Assembly (NCBI GenBank): GCA_964035545.1
Contig: OZ037768.1
Location: 11,130,741-11,194,740, forward strand
Direction of reading: 5' to 3'
From: Bugula neritina
Taxonomy: Eukaryota > Animalia > Bryozoa
DNA length: 64,000 nucleotides
A program made the position numbers and the translations under genes. Of this stretch, positions 41,663 to 53,769 are shown piece after piece (the first letter of the stretch is position 1; each line of letters starts with the position of its first letter). The notes under the pieces were generated by a model. It saw only the letters and a program-made list of their open reading frames with translations. It did not search any database and had not been told where the DNA came from.

Positions 41663-42949
41663 CTGGTGATATAAATACAACCACAGTAATAATCAACAAG
41701 AAAATATCTTAGTCATACACTTAATATGCGTACATTTAGCTACTGACTTAAGTTCTGATCACCACACAGACACACTGACTTAACCGTTCAAGTTTATTGA
41801 CTATCAGACTGAGTTCAAGTTAAATTTTACAGTCAGTTAATGTTATTGTGGTACTTGTTCAGTTAGTATCACTAGCCCTCCAAGCTTTTTTTGCTTTGGT
41901 TACTTTATTTGCAGTTAATGTTGTATTAACCAATTGTTGAGCCTTAGCCTTGGGCTAATACTAATACAGTTATACAGTAATACTAATACTAAAAGTGATT
42001 AGACACCCAACTGAGTCTAACTAATTAACTAAAAGTAAATGCTACTAGAGTTTATGCAGTAAATGGAAATGGCTTAGGCAAGAGCAACAGCAAAGGCAAC
42101 TGCAATGCATAAGTGATCTTATTAGTAAAAGTATCAGTATTTCTATCACTAGGACTATCACTTATATTTATTAATTACTAATAACTGTCTAAGAAGTAAT
42201 AGTTATAACTAATATAGGTCATGAAAAATGTTTAAATTAACTATTCAATTATACAATAGTCATAGAATTATGAAAATTATGACTATTGTATTAGATTTAG
42301 TGCATTAGTATTACTAACTATAACTATAAGTATAAGTATAAGCATAACTATAAGTTAAAGTATTATTATTAGTATTATTATCAGACTAATTAGTTATTAC
42401 TATTAGTATCACCACAAATAGTGAAATACTACAAGTATAAATCTACGAATAATAAACTTAAAGTATTGCCTATTGGCATAAAATTCAATTTCAATAAATA
42501 TAACACAATGACTCAATGAGTGAATGACAATAATAATAATATCAATATTAATATTATTACAATTATATACCAGTTATCCATTGGCATTACTGATAGTGAT
42601 TACACATTATTGACATTAGACTCACTCTTACTCTTAGTATTCAATATCGGTATCACTAGTGAGTAGTGACTATGACTATGAGTATGAGTGTGATTATCGT
42701 TATCATAACAATTATTATTATAAATATATCGATTTGAATTTGAAAAGAAAATTGCGTATCAATATAAATTTAATGAAAATCGCTCAATATCAATATGAAT
42801 ATGGCATTTTAATTTAGTTATCAACATGATTTTAATATATGTTATTAAATTAAATATTTCATTATTTGCATTATTATAACTATAAGTGACAGGCGCACAT
42901 GACAATTGACATTGACAATGATTGACAAAGTGATAGTCATACACTTACA

Positions 42950-43400
42950 CTTACAGTTACAGAGCTATGAAATTAGCTAATATAAATAATAATACCACAG
43001 CGGTGAATGGTGACACTGACCAATAGTATTCTTAAAATAATTATAATTATTCCAGCTGTGGCGACGAATCCAACTTATAGTTATACTAATATGAATACAT
43101 AATGTATTTAATATGTAATTAATATGTACTTGTAATCGGTAATGCAAGTTCAAGTTGAAGTTGTAATAGTCATAGGTCAAAGCTTAGCTAGTTGCGTAAA
43201 AGTCACATTCGTGCTTTTAATGATTTTTAATACCAAGAGCACGCAGAAAACTAGGAAGATGTTAAGCCAATCCCAATACTATATGCAGCTTTTTGACTAA
43301 TCAAAATGAGTTCCTGTGGTCTTGCTCGCCGGATGTGAATATCACCCAGTTAACAACACAAGCGAAGCGGATGTTTTGAATTCAGAAATCACTGAAAGTA
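42950..43400. promoter_or_regulatory. Probable bidirectional promoter of USP32 and KIAA0753
   Basis: Relatively GC/CpG-richer patch between the head-to-head genes. CCAAT box AGCCAATC at 43265-43272; ETS-like CCGGATGT at 43329-43336 and GCGGATGT at 43367-43374; outward-facing donor-like sites near 42954 (-) and 43398 (+). Confidence 0.45.
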
Positions 43401-45266
43401 AATTAGTTCACACAAGTTTTTAAAAGTCAAAATTAAAGAGACAATTTAAATTACGTTTGCAGCGTGATAGTCATGGTATTATTGGCAAATATAATATATA
43501 AAACTAACTATAGCTGCATAACAGCATAAGTATAATTAAAACTAATGATATTGATATTATAAATTTTTATTTTAATTGATAATTCGGTTATTCCCTGACC
43601 ACTATGACTATGTCATTGTGAATGTCTATAGCAATGCTATTATCTATATTATTTCATGTATTTATAATAGTAATACTAATAGTAATGTAATAGTAATAGT
43701 TATACTTATTTACTATCTTAGCATTTATTAAATTTATGATTTATCATTTTAATTTATGGTGTAATCCTTTTAGTTTTATTTACCATTTGGCTTACAGTAT
43801 CAATACTCAATAGGAATAGTAAGGCTGAATCAGTAAATGTGATAATAAGTATAAATGATTGACTCGGAACAAATATATTGAAATTAAAATGTAGAAATAT
43901 TAATATTATTATTGATATTTTTAATTTTAGTTATGCTTATGCAGTTAATGTTATCAGTTATGAGTTACAACTTATAAGTATTTTCATTTTGATATATCAA
44001 AAATAACTTTGAAATGTAAGAGTTTAGTATATCATAATCTTGATGCTTAAGATTAACTGTTAATGAATTTAAACTTAAAGCTAATAGCATAGTGATAGAG
44101 TAAAATGATAACGAATAATGATTTATTCAATTTGAATTACAATATCAATATGAATATGATACTGAAAATCACTATTAGTATTACTATTGGATATTATATT
44201 GTTGTTTACCGCTTAGTAATAGTCGTAAAAGTTGCTATATTTTTAGAGTGATTTTTCATAGCAGTATTTATTCAATAAGTGTAACCAATTCAGTAATTGT
44301 AGTTCTTCGCTAACTTGCTAATGCTATAGTTATAGTTAATTTTACATTAAGATACGTTAATTTTGATCATGGTATAATTGCACAGCCTGCACTTATTATA
44401 TTTAAAAGTCATAGTGACACTCACCACAGTATTATAGTGTAAGGCTGAAAGTAAAAAAATAACATTAATAGTAATGTTGATAGTAATAGGCTACCACTGC
44501 TACTACCACTGCACTATAGATGGCTATTGCCATGCGAATATTTACTGCTAGATTAAAATAGGTGATCCCCTTAGCTTAGTTGAAGACACAGTGGCTGTAA
44601 GTCAAATGAATGACTCATTAAGTTGATTAAACTAAGTTGATTCAGTCAAAAAGAACTATACAAGCTCTGCAAGTATTTGGTTAATACAATATATAGAATT
44701 AGATTATACATAATTATGCCTATCTGAAGGATTCAATTTATATTTATTTAGAAAATTTTGGTAGATAGTTACAAGCATTTAGCAGCCTAAACAAAACAGT
44801 AGGATTTTCGAATTTCAATAGTTCGTTTTAAAAAAACCAATACTTTTTACTATTATCAACCATTTAAAATTAAATTGGCTTTCTATTTCAATAAATGCAT
44901 ATTGTTGATGCAAAGCCTGTTGTTATAAAGCATACTTGGTGATAATTTTGTTGCCACTAAAAAATTGAAAAAAAGTATCTGATTAGCTCAACAACATATT
45001 TTAATTTTGATACAGCTATCCACCCATTATTTTTTATCAAACCTACTTTCACAACACAAAATCTTTTCCTTGTTATTTCTACTATTTTGGAGACTGTATT
45101 CTTGTAATTCCACTTGAATAATTGTAAATTTCTGTTTCCAAATGGAAAAGCAATGCCTCATAAACACTAGAAAGAAGTAGGCCTATTATTTTTTAGAATT
45201 GGCATAATAATATGTAGTTTATTGCATTTATAGAGAGCGATTGTAGTAAAGCTGCTGTGATTTTCG

Positions 45267-48200
45267 ATGGAGACTTCTCAACTTTACAATCAGCTAAGAT
45301 TTCACATTGAACAACCATATAACATTAACAAACTCTCTACAAGGCACAAGCATCCCCAACCTATTGTTATTGAAAAGCATGGGGGTGCCAGTGTCCTTCG
45401 TGGTGACAAAGATGAGCCTATAGACAAAGAATACAAGCCTCAGTTTACAATGGTGTCCATGGAAAAACTGGAAGAAGCTCAGTTCCTAGTGAAACGAAAT
45501 TTAAAAAAACAAAAAGCTCCATTGGTAAGTTTATGAATATGAATATTGATGCTAAATAAGCTTTTTTTATTTTGAGTTGCAAATTATGTGTCTGCAAAAT
45601 TTATCTTATGTAAGTGCACTTAGTATATGGTTCTATGATTGTAGTCTAAAGTTCTGTAGGTATTGTGTACTGGAACTGTGAATTAGAATTGCACTCGAAA
45701 ATTGTAACAGCGTCATGTTTGAATTTTCGTGCTGTGAAGAAGAAGGTAGAATGGTCAAGAAAGCAGTACTTAGTTTTTATAATATTCTTTATACAGTCTC
45801 CAAAGGGTGATAAAGGAGGTGTAAAGCAGGCAAAGAAAGTTCCTTCTCAAAGGCTTATTAACAAACAACCTTTGAAAGTCACTCCTACAAAAAAGCTGAG
45901 CCATTTACCAGGTAAAGGTAAATTTGTAGGTGTTTTTCGCTTTTCCCCTTCTTTTTTTCAATATTTTTACATTAAAGCTATATATCACTCCAGCATTGTG
46001 GCAGGTTTAACATATCAATTACTTAAGCTATACTATACCTATAATAAACGTATTTTGATTTCTAGCCGTTGGTGATTCTCCACCTGTGAAAGATTTAACT
46101 AACAACAAGTCTAGTGCTAAGCCAGTTCGAACTAAAAGACCTACTTACAGGCAGTCACCCACCCGCCTTCAAAAACAGTCACCCACTCGCCTTCAAAAAC
46201 AGTCACCCACCCGCCTTCAAAAACAGTCACCCACTCGCTTTCAAAAACAGTCACCCACCCGCATTCAAAAACAGTCACCCACCCGACTTCAAAAGCAATC
46301 ACCTACTCGATTTCGGCAACAGTCACCTGCCCGTCAAGGTAGATTAGCTTTAGATCTCAATGGTAATGTATAGAATAATGATATCCATGATCAGCTACTT
46401 ATTTAAATTTATTTTGTAGGCAATGGCAAGAGCCAAAGCGATGAAAGTTTCAAACCATTCTTTCGAAATGGTGTTTGGCAAGAAAAATTGAACGAGATAG
46501 ATTCTGCGCACAGTATGCCAGTACGTTGCTCTCTTGCATCTTTTGTGATTTTAGACAGGTTTTCTTTTCTTAAGGCAATTTGCTAGTTAAGGCAATTTGC
46601 TAGTGGGTTGGTTCTACTTGAGGAAGGAATGAATAATTTCACTAATTATAATACTCCGTTAAATATAGGTATCATGCATATATTCATCTAAGTATTTTTT
46701 GAACAATAATTGAGTGCACTAGTTTTCTCCACTTTGCAATTAATTTTGTTTTCAATTTAAATTTTAAAATTCCATTTACATTTTCTAGAATCTGCACAAG
46801 ATGGCGATGGATCAGCTGCTGAATGTACAGGCAGGCAGACAAGTAAACTATTCAAAACCCAAACCGACGCAAACGAAAAAGAAAATGAGAACTGCAAATA
46901 AAAGTGAGGACTTCAAACAATTACTTTTAATTTATACATATTTTTATTTATATTTCAATCATGTATTAAAAGTGGTAATCATATGCTATGTTTATATAAA
47001 AAGGTTGTTTATATGCAGTCAGGGAGAACCTTTTTAAATTACCACCTAATTTTTACTCAGGTCTAATTTTTATGAGGTTAAATTGATTAAAAACAAGTCG
47101 TACCATGCAATCATGTAAGTTGAGTTTTACAAAAATTGTGTATGGTAAGAAAATACTTTTATCATTAAATTACAGTAGTACTATATTTTTATAAATAGGA
47201 AAACACAAGCACTTTTAAATGAATATTATTCAAAGTTTGCTGTGCATGAACAGAATATTGACATAAAAATAAATTACAACTTGAGCTTCAAAAAATTGAG
47301 ATTGTTATTACTTTTGGAAGTCAGAATTTAATAATTTGGTTTTGTGCAAGTTTGCCTTGTAAATGGCTTTTAATATGAATGTAAAGTTATATAATTATAA
47401 TAAAAAAACATTCCTTTTATTGTGAATTTATAAGAAAATATTCAAGTAGATGTGTCCCCTTTTACTTATAAAAATGTAGTTGGGCGAAATTTTTGTGTCT
47501 TCATGTTTTTTTATATATTTAGTGCAAATTATTGCATTATTTTTCTAGAAGTAAAGAATTCAAAGTTTGCTAATAGAAGCTCTCTGTCTCCTTATTACAC
47601 TCCTGCCAGTTCTGCTCAAAAGCTCCGAGAGAAAATCTACCGAGAGCCACTACCACGCCCTCAATCCTACAGACCTGCTTCCTCATATATCTCGCCTAAG
47701 AATCCCAGGAAGGCGAAAAGGCGAGGCCAAGTGTTACAACGCCATCACACTGCAGCTCAGTACGACCCTGACTACAACTATATCAACCCAGATGAGATTC
47801 TTGCAAGCACGAGGCAGCATGTGCTGTCAAATCAAGTAAGCAGACGGACATTTGTCAATTTAATAAGAAAATTAAAGCAACTAATACTCTAACTCTATGC
47901 AATCATTGACTGATTTTCGGTCATTATTGATTATTGAATGTGTTGTAAGGCCATAGCTTGCTTTAATGTACCTGAGTTACTCCTTGTTATAAATTGCGTA
48001 TTTTTGGGCTTTATCTGTTTTTTGGTTGAATTATATGTGAAGACACAAACGTCAGCTCCTAGAGAACTTCCTAATGCTGAAGAGTTTATAAAAAGAGTCA
48101 TGGAAGCAAGACTGGCAAAGTAAGTCATATATTCTAGACTTCTTACAAACTACATTGTGCTAAATGTTTCTGTAAGAACACAGTTGCCGGTTGGCAGCTA

Positions 48201-51200
48201 GGCGTTTCTCGAATGTTGGGCCATGTTTGTGATTTTTAGTATAATATGCTGTAAGAGCATTATAATGTGTTTAAGTTAGTGAAGTATTGTACTCGGTGTA
48301 GGGCTGAGTGTTAATATATCATATTGAATTCAATATTTTATTCACTAAAGAAAGACAATATGTATGTCTCATACTCTTTTGATTTTGTCGCTGAAGTGTT
48401 GGTGAAAGAATGAATGCATTTGAAATTAGTAGCTCAGATTATTTTGTGAGTTGTTTGATTCGTAAAGGATTTGACTAAAGTTCAAATTGATCCAACGTAT
48501 GCCGTTCCAAGTATACTGCTTGGCTAAAACTGAGCAACTGTGAATGTCCAAAGTACACATTATATTTTATTCCAACCCTAATGAGCTGCCCTGTGAATTC
48601 ATGGCTGTTTCAACTTGCTATAACTGAGTAATTCAGAGTTCAGCATAAATGTATACATTGTTTGTGTAAAGCAGTGAAAGCAAGCAGCAATACGAAGCTC
48701 AATTAAATTCCAAAAAGCTAGTAGATGCCATTGAAAGAGAAGCTAGAGAGCGTTTAGAGCCGATGATTGAGCGAGCTGAGGTATGGATTTATTTTTTATT
48801 ACTTACCAGACTTTTAGAATATTCTTGAACATTTTATTATTTTAGTAACTCATGTTTTAGAGCTAGAATATAATATATCATGTTTACTTGTATCCCGTGT
48901 ATCTATGCATGTTGTATGGGGCTTTATTTTCTATGTTAGAGGCTGTCCGAAGATGTAAAAAAAGCATTGAAAGCTGCACCAAAATCTAGTCGATTGTACA
49001 CAACCAATCCTCAGGTAATTCCTTTATTATTTGTTACTTCTAAAACAAAGCCTGTCGAAGCTTATATGTAAATCGACAAATATACGATCACAAAATAAAC
49101 TTGGTGGAGGAAATAAAAGAAGAAATGTCTTTGAAAGCGCTTAAAATAACTAATTCTGCTTTTCCTGTGCATTATGCAATATGTTGCAAATTGATGAATT
49201 ATTAAGCATTTTAAAATCCTTGATATATACAAATTAATCAAACAGATATATGTAAGTTTAGACTACAGGCACGGTAACATTGCATTATGTGAACACTTCA
49301 ACCTGGCGAAAATGAAGAAATCCTTGTAGAATTATTTCATATGTAGAGTGAGGAAAATATGGGCTGTTCTAACAATTATGTATGATAAATCTTTAATGAA
49401 AATAATTCAGCCCAAGCTATCAGCTGTGTTATGCTTTTGATGACAGTATGATGGAGGTCATGAAGGTGAAAATGTCAGTGCGGATGATTTGCTGCAGCAT
49501 CCTGTTGATTCCCGTCTGTGTGGTAAACCTCAACATGGCCACCTGAACCATTCTTCAGTGTTGCACTTTAAGGATGACCTATTTGAGAATCAGCCTGCTG
49601 TAGATTCAGGCTCAGCATCTCTTTCCAATGGAGATTTAGACCAGCTGGAAACTATGATGGACCGTTTGGATATGATGCATGTAAGTGATTCAGCCAATTC
49701 ACGCTCTTCACTTCACTCAACTTTGTGCAACAAGAATTAACTGAAAATCATGTAACATCAAATATTTTGCTAATTGTTTTTTTTATATTTTACTGACGTT
49801 TTATAAATAACTACTATTTTGTTATAGACGAATTTTAGTCTGTGCGAAAAGGTAAAATTGGTGCTGTTGTTTTTGATAGACTGAGCACTTGGAAATAAGA
49901 CGAAGGTGGCTCACCTCATCTAATTATAACAGTACTTCTGGTCTAATGACTTTAAATGAACCGGCATTTGGTAAGTTCTTTTGGGGACATACAGGTGTGG
50001 TTGTGTTGTGGTATCGCCAACAGCATAATTTCTATTTCTGCTAAACCACATATTTTTAAGCCCAATTTTCAAACTGCTTGAATAGATGAAACTTGGTGCT
50101 TGTTTACATTCAAACTTATTTTTTAGATGATAATTGTTGATGCCATGACAAGTGTTTCAATTCTCACTCTGCTTATTAATAGAAAGTCTATAATTTAATG
50201 GAAAACTTTAGTTAACATTGAGAATACATATTCTCATAAGATTGTTTAGTGTAAACTGTGATTGTTTTGTGTATGCACTCTATATGTGTTGTAGATTGTA
50301 GAATGTAGAATGTAGATTATAATTTATATTTGTAACTTGTAAAGTATCAATGTGTTGGCATGGTGGATTGTATGTGATAAAATATACATGTATTATAAAG
50401 TACTGGTGGTGATATACACATTGCTTATAATGTATCTTCTCCTTTTCTATATATAAATTCTAATAACTTGAAAATATTTTCCAGGTTTAAGGTTTTAATA
50501 GCACTGCATTCTATTTGATGGCATTTTTTAAATGTCAGGTAGCTAGCTGTATAGTACAGAAATGCAGACATGTGGTCACAATATATTATATTAATGAGTG
50601 GACCAGCGATTGTCAGATCACTTATGAAGTTAAAATTTCAAATTTTACCAATTATGTGAGTTTTTATGTGGACTTGGCTAGCAAAAAAAAGAGTTTTCAA
50701 TTTCCAAGCATGATACCAAACTTGTAGAATTTGCATGTTTACATTTACTATGTTTATGCTTCTAACTTATGTGTTGTCTGTTCACCCTGAAACTAATTGT
50801 GATTTGATATTATAATGTATTATATTGTAGGAGCTGCAGTAAATGAGAGCAACATGGTAAACCCACAGCCGCCCGATTTACTGTTGTTAAAAAAGTCGAA
50901 CCCATGTAATGTTGCAGGACATCATTCAACAAATAAAGGCACTTATGCTGGTCAGCAGAGGCATCTTTTCTCAGAAAGCATATCAAATTCCACTGCAAAG
51001 TTTGTAAGTTCTACATGCACTGATTTTTTCATAGTGCATATTATTATATTCTATGCACGTTTGGACAAATTCTGATGGTGCCAAACTGTCCAACGTAATG
51101 CAAAAAACCTTTTCTTGAATCCCTTCTTCAATACAGTGCTCCCTCAATATTTCATAGCTCTATATCTCATAAAATTCCATAGGTCATGAGAAGGGCTTGG

Positions 51201-52304
51201 ACCCCTTTTTGTGGCTTATGTATATGTATAGAGACAAAATATTCGAATTTAACAAATCCGTGAGTTAAATATGATATTCTACTCTGTCACGAATTGAGGT
51301 TTTGGGACCCGCAGCTTAGTGAAATATGGAGGGAGCACTGTATAATATCCAACCCTAATTTTTCACAAACTTTGTTCACTCACTTTTTATGCAGTTGTAG
51401 ATATTGTGGACAGCTTTGGTCTCCTGTCTCGTAGGAGCTTTACTTAATCTTGGAAGAATTTGTTCTAACCTATACAACTGAACATTATTATTTCACATTC
51501 TATAATGCACAAACAGGGTGCATTTATTGTTGAGCTTATTTATGCTAGATGTAGTTGGTTCATCTCAAGCTTTCTAGTAATTTTATATTTGACTTTAGGA
51601 GACTCCTAATACTAGCCTCTGGTAATATTGTTGTATTGTAATGCATACCCATGTTTACTGCTCAGGTTCCTACCCCAAAAGAACTTCCAGCTAGTAAAAT
51701 CAAATCAATAGAGGAAGGGAAACAGAAATACGAGAAGTACCTTCGCAATATAGGTCACACCACGTCGGCAGGATTCGATCCATGGAAATTTGCAGATCAG
51801 TGAGTAGTTCATTCAGCTGTATACAAGTACTTTACAATCAATATGAATATGGTTACAACCTACCTGAATACTGTAATTTGTCTATTTACTGTATTTTTAT
51901 TTTGCTTGTGCCGGCGGTGACAACTAATGGTAAATCATTTGTTTATTACTATATTAAAATTTTAATTACTCATTCATACTTATACTTAAGTGGCATATTT
52001 TCATAATAACCTTAATGTGCTGCTACAGGCGCATATAAAAATTAGGCAAACATACAAGTTAATGTCTCGAACCAGCAAAGGGTACTAACTCAAATGGTTG
52101 TATCATTTTTAAGTAATTTCTGCTAAATACTTGAGAGGTCATATGGTGAAACTAATTTGTTGTAGAACAGCGGATGAGATGGTGAACAGATGTCTAAATG
52201 ATGTACTCAATGAATACATAGAAGCTGGTGATAGTCTTATTCAAGGACTTTATGCCGATGAGTTTGTAGCTACTCAAACTTCTCCACCAACTTTTCCTGG
52301 CTAG
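45267..52304 (+). CDS. KIAA0753: Protein moonraker (OFIP; centriole/centriolar satellite protein), ~725 aa, 14 coding exons
   Basis: Exons 45267-45524, 45797-45911(or 45917), 46066-46338, 46420-46520, 46789-46903, 47549-47835, 48043-48119, 48675-48780, 48940-49014, 49447-49680, 49880-49970, 50831-51003, 51666-51799, 52166-52304 join in frame. The N-terminal block (NQLRF...PQPIVIEK...FTMVSMEKLEEAQFLVKRNLK) and C-terminal block (YEKYLRNIGHTTSAGFDPWKFAD...LYADEF) match the conserved moonraker termini as I recall them. Confidence 0.85.
46152..46336 (+). repeat. Coding 24-bp tandem repeat (QSPTR[L/F/I]QK), ~8 units, in KIAA0753 exon 3
   Basis: Unit CAGTCACCCACCCGCCTTCAAAAA, in frame within the exon. 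Confidence 0.9.
51134..51340. mobile_element. Tc1/mariner-type MITE
   Basis: TIRs CAGTGCTCCCTCAATATTTCA / TGAAATATGGAGGGAGCACTG (1 mismatch) with a TA TSD on both sides. Confidence 0.88.
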
Positions 52305-53769
52305 TAATTGAATATGACTAGTTTTACTATAGATTAGGTTAAAATTTGTTTTGTAGTTTTCTGTGATAATAAACAGTGAATATTCAGAAAGATATTTTTG
52401 GCAAATGATTTTCGGAAATATAGTATATTTCTGTTTGAAAATATAATGAGTATGATGCAAGTACAGCTATTCTTTTCAATACATATATATTTTCAGCACC
52501 TAATTTAATGGTAAATAATTAAATTAAAAGCTATATATTTGTAGCTGAAAATTTTTTCTTAAACCATTAAAACATGTTGAAACTAACTATTTTAATATAT
52601 TTTATGAGTTGAACAAAATATTTCAACCTCAAAAATGAAGCTTCCAATCTACTTCTTTATCACAAATTTAAAGGAAGATATAAATAAATTGACAGGTAGA
52701 TAAAAGGACTACAAGTTTGACACTAGGCGGGTAGTTTTATCTTTTGCAAAAAAATTCCGTTCTCAGTAGTTAATAAATCGCATTCTCATTAAGGAGCAAC
52801 TTTTCATGCAAATGGTGTAACACTGGGTAACATCTTAAAAAAATAGAAATTTTAAGCTATAAAAATGGTATGAAATTAAGATCAGGATTACAGATATTCG
52901 AAATAAAAATTCCTAGATGCGTACAAACCATAGAATATGCCTACACTATGTGATATTGCTAAGTAGTAGTCTGGACTATGAATCAAGCAGGGGAATGTAT
53001 TCAGTTTTAGCCTTCTTCCTTTTTCTTCGATGCTTTGACGATTTATTTATCTTAACCCTCAGTTTCCTGATACTAGATAATACTTCTGTAAAACGTTGAT
53101 AAACATAGTGTTGGTCAGGCCTTAAATTATACTGGTAGTGGTTGAACCGTAGTTAAAATTCCTAAGCATCTTTAAGCCATATGATTTCTCTATAGGCCAA
53201 GGTAATACAGGGCAGAAAGTAAAGTAACAGCTATTTTAATTTCTCAGATTTTTACAACTTCAGCATAATATATTTAAGCTAAATTAGTGCTTGAAATTAG
53301 CAAATATTAAGCTCCATGGGCTGTTGTGTCTAATGAGCTAAATTTAACAATAACAAATGCAAAGTAATTGGAAAGACAATGAATACAGAGTTAACTAATT
53401 TTTGTTTATATTCAAGTAGTGACATCAGGTAGAACGATTTGAGGGCATAGCTGAAGAGCACGTTAAGTTGGAGTTGTCTCTATTTGTGAGAAAACAATTT
53501 TAAATAGAATGCAGTCATTCGAACAATGAAAATGTATAGCGAATGAGAATGAATTAAAACTAGGTAGTGTTTTAGATGTTCAAAGACTAAACAGAATTAC
53601 TGAGCATGTTATGTTTAACAATTCCAGCTATTACGTTATATTAAACATTAAACATGTAACATGGTTTCAAATCATTAATTAAAGTGATGAATGGATGTAG
53701 TGTTACTAAAGTGACGAAAATGTAACTACAACTCTAAAGGTTAATGTGTGATTTCGAACTATTTCCACA

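Noticed and set aside
49828-49851. Possible 24-nt microexon in KIAA0753 (AG|ACGAATTTTAGTCTGTGCGAAAAG|GT)
   Set aside because: It would leave a 28-nt intron before the next exon, which is too short, and would interrupt the MMDRLDMMH-TEHLEIRRRW helix.
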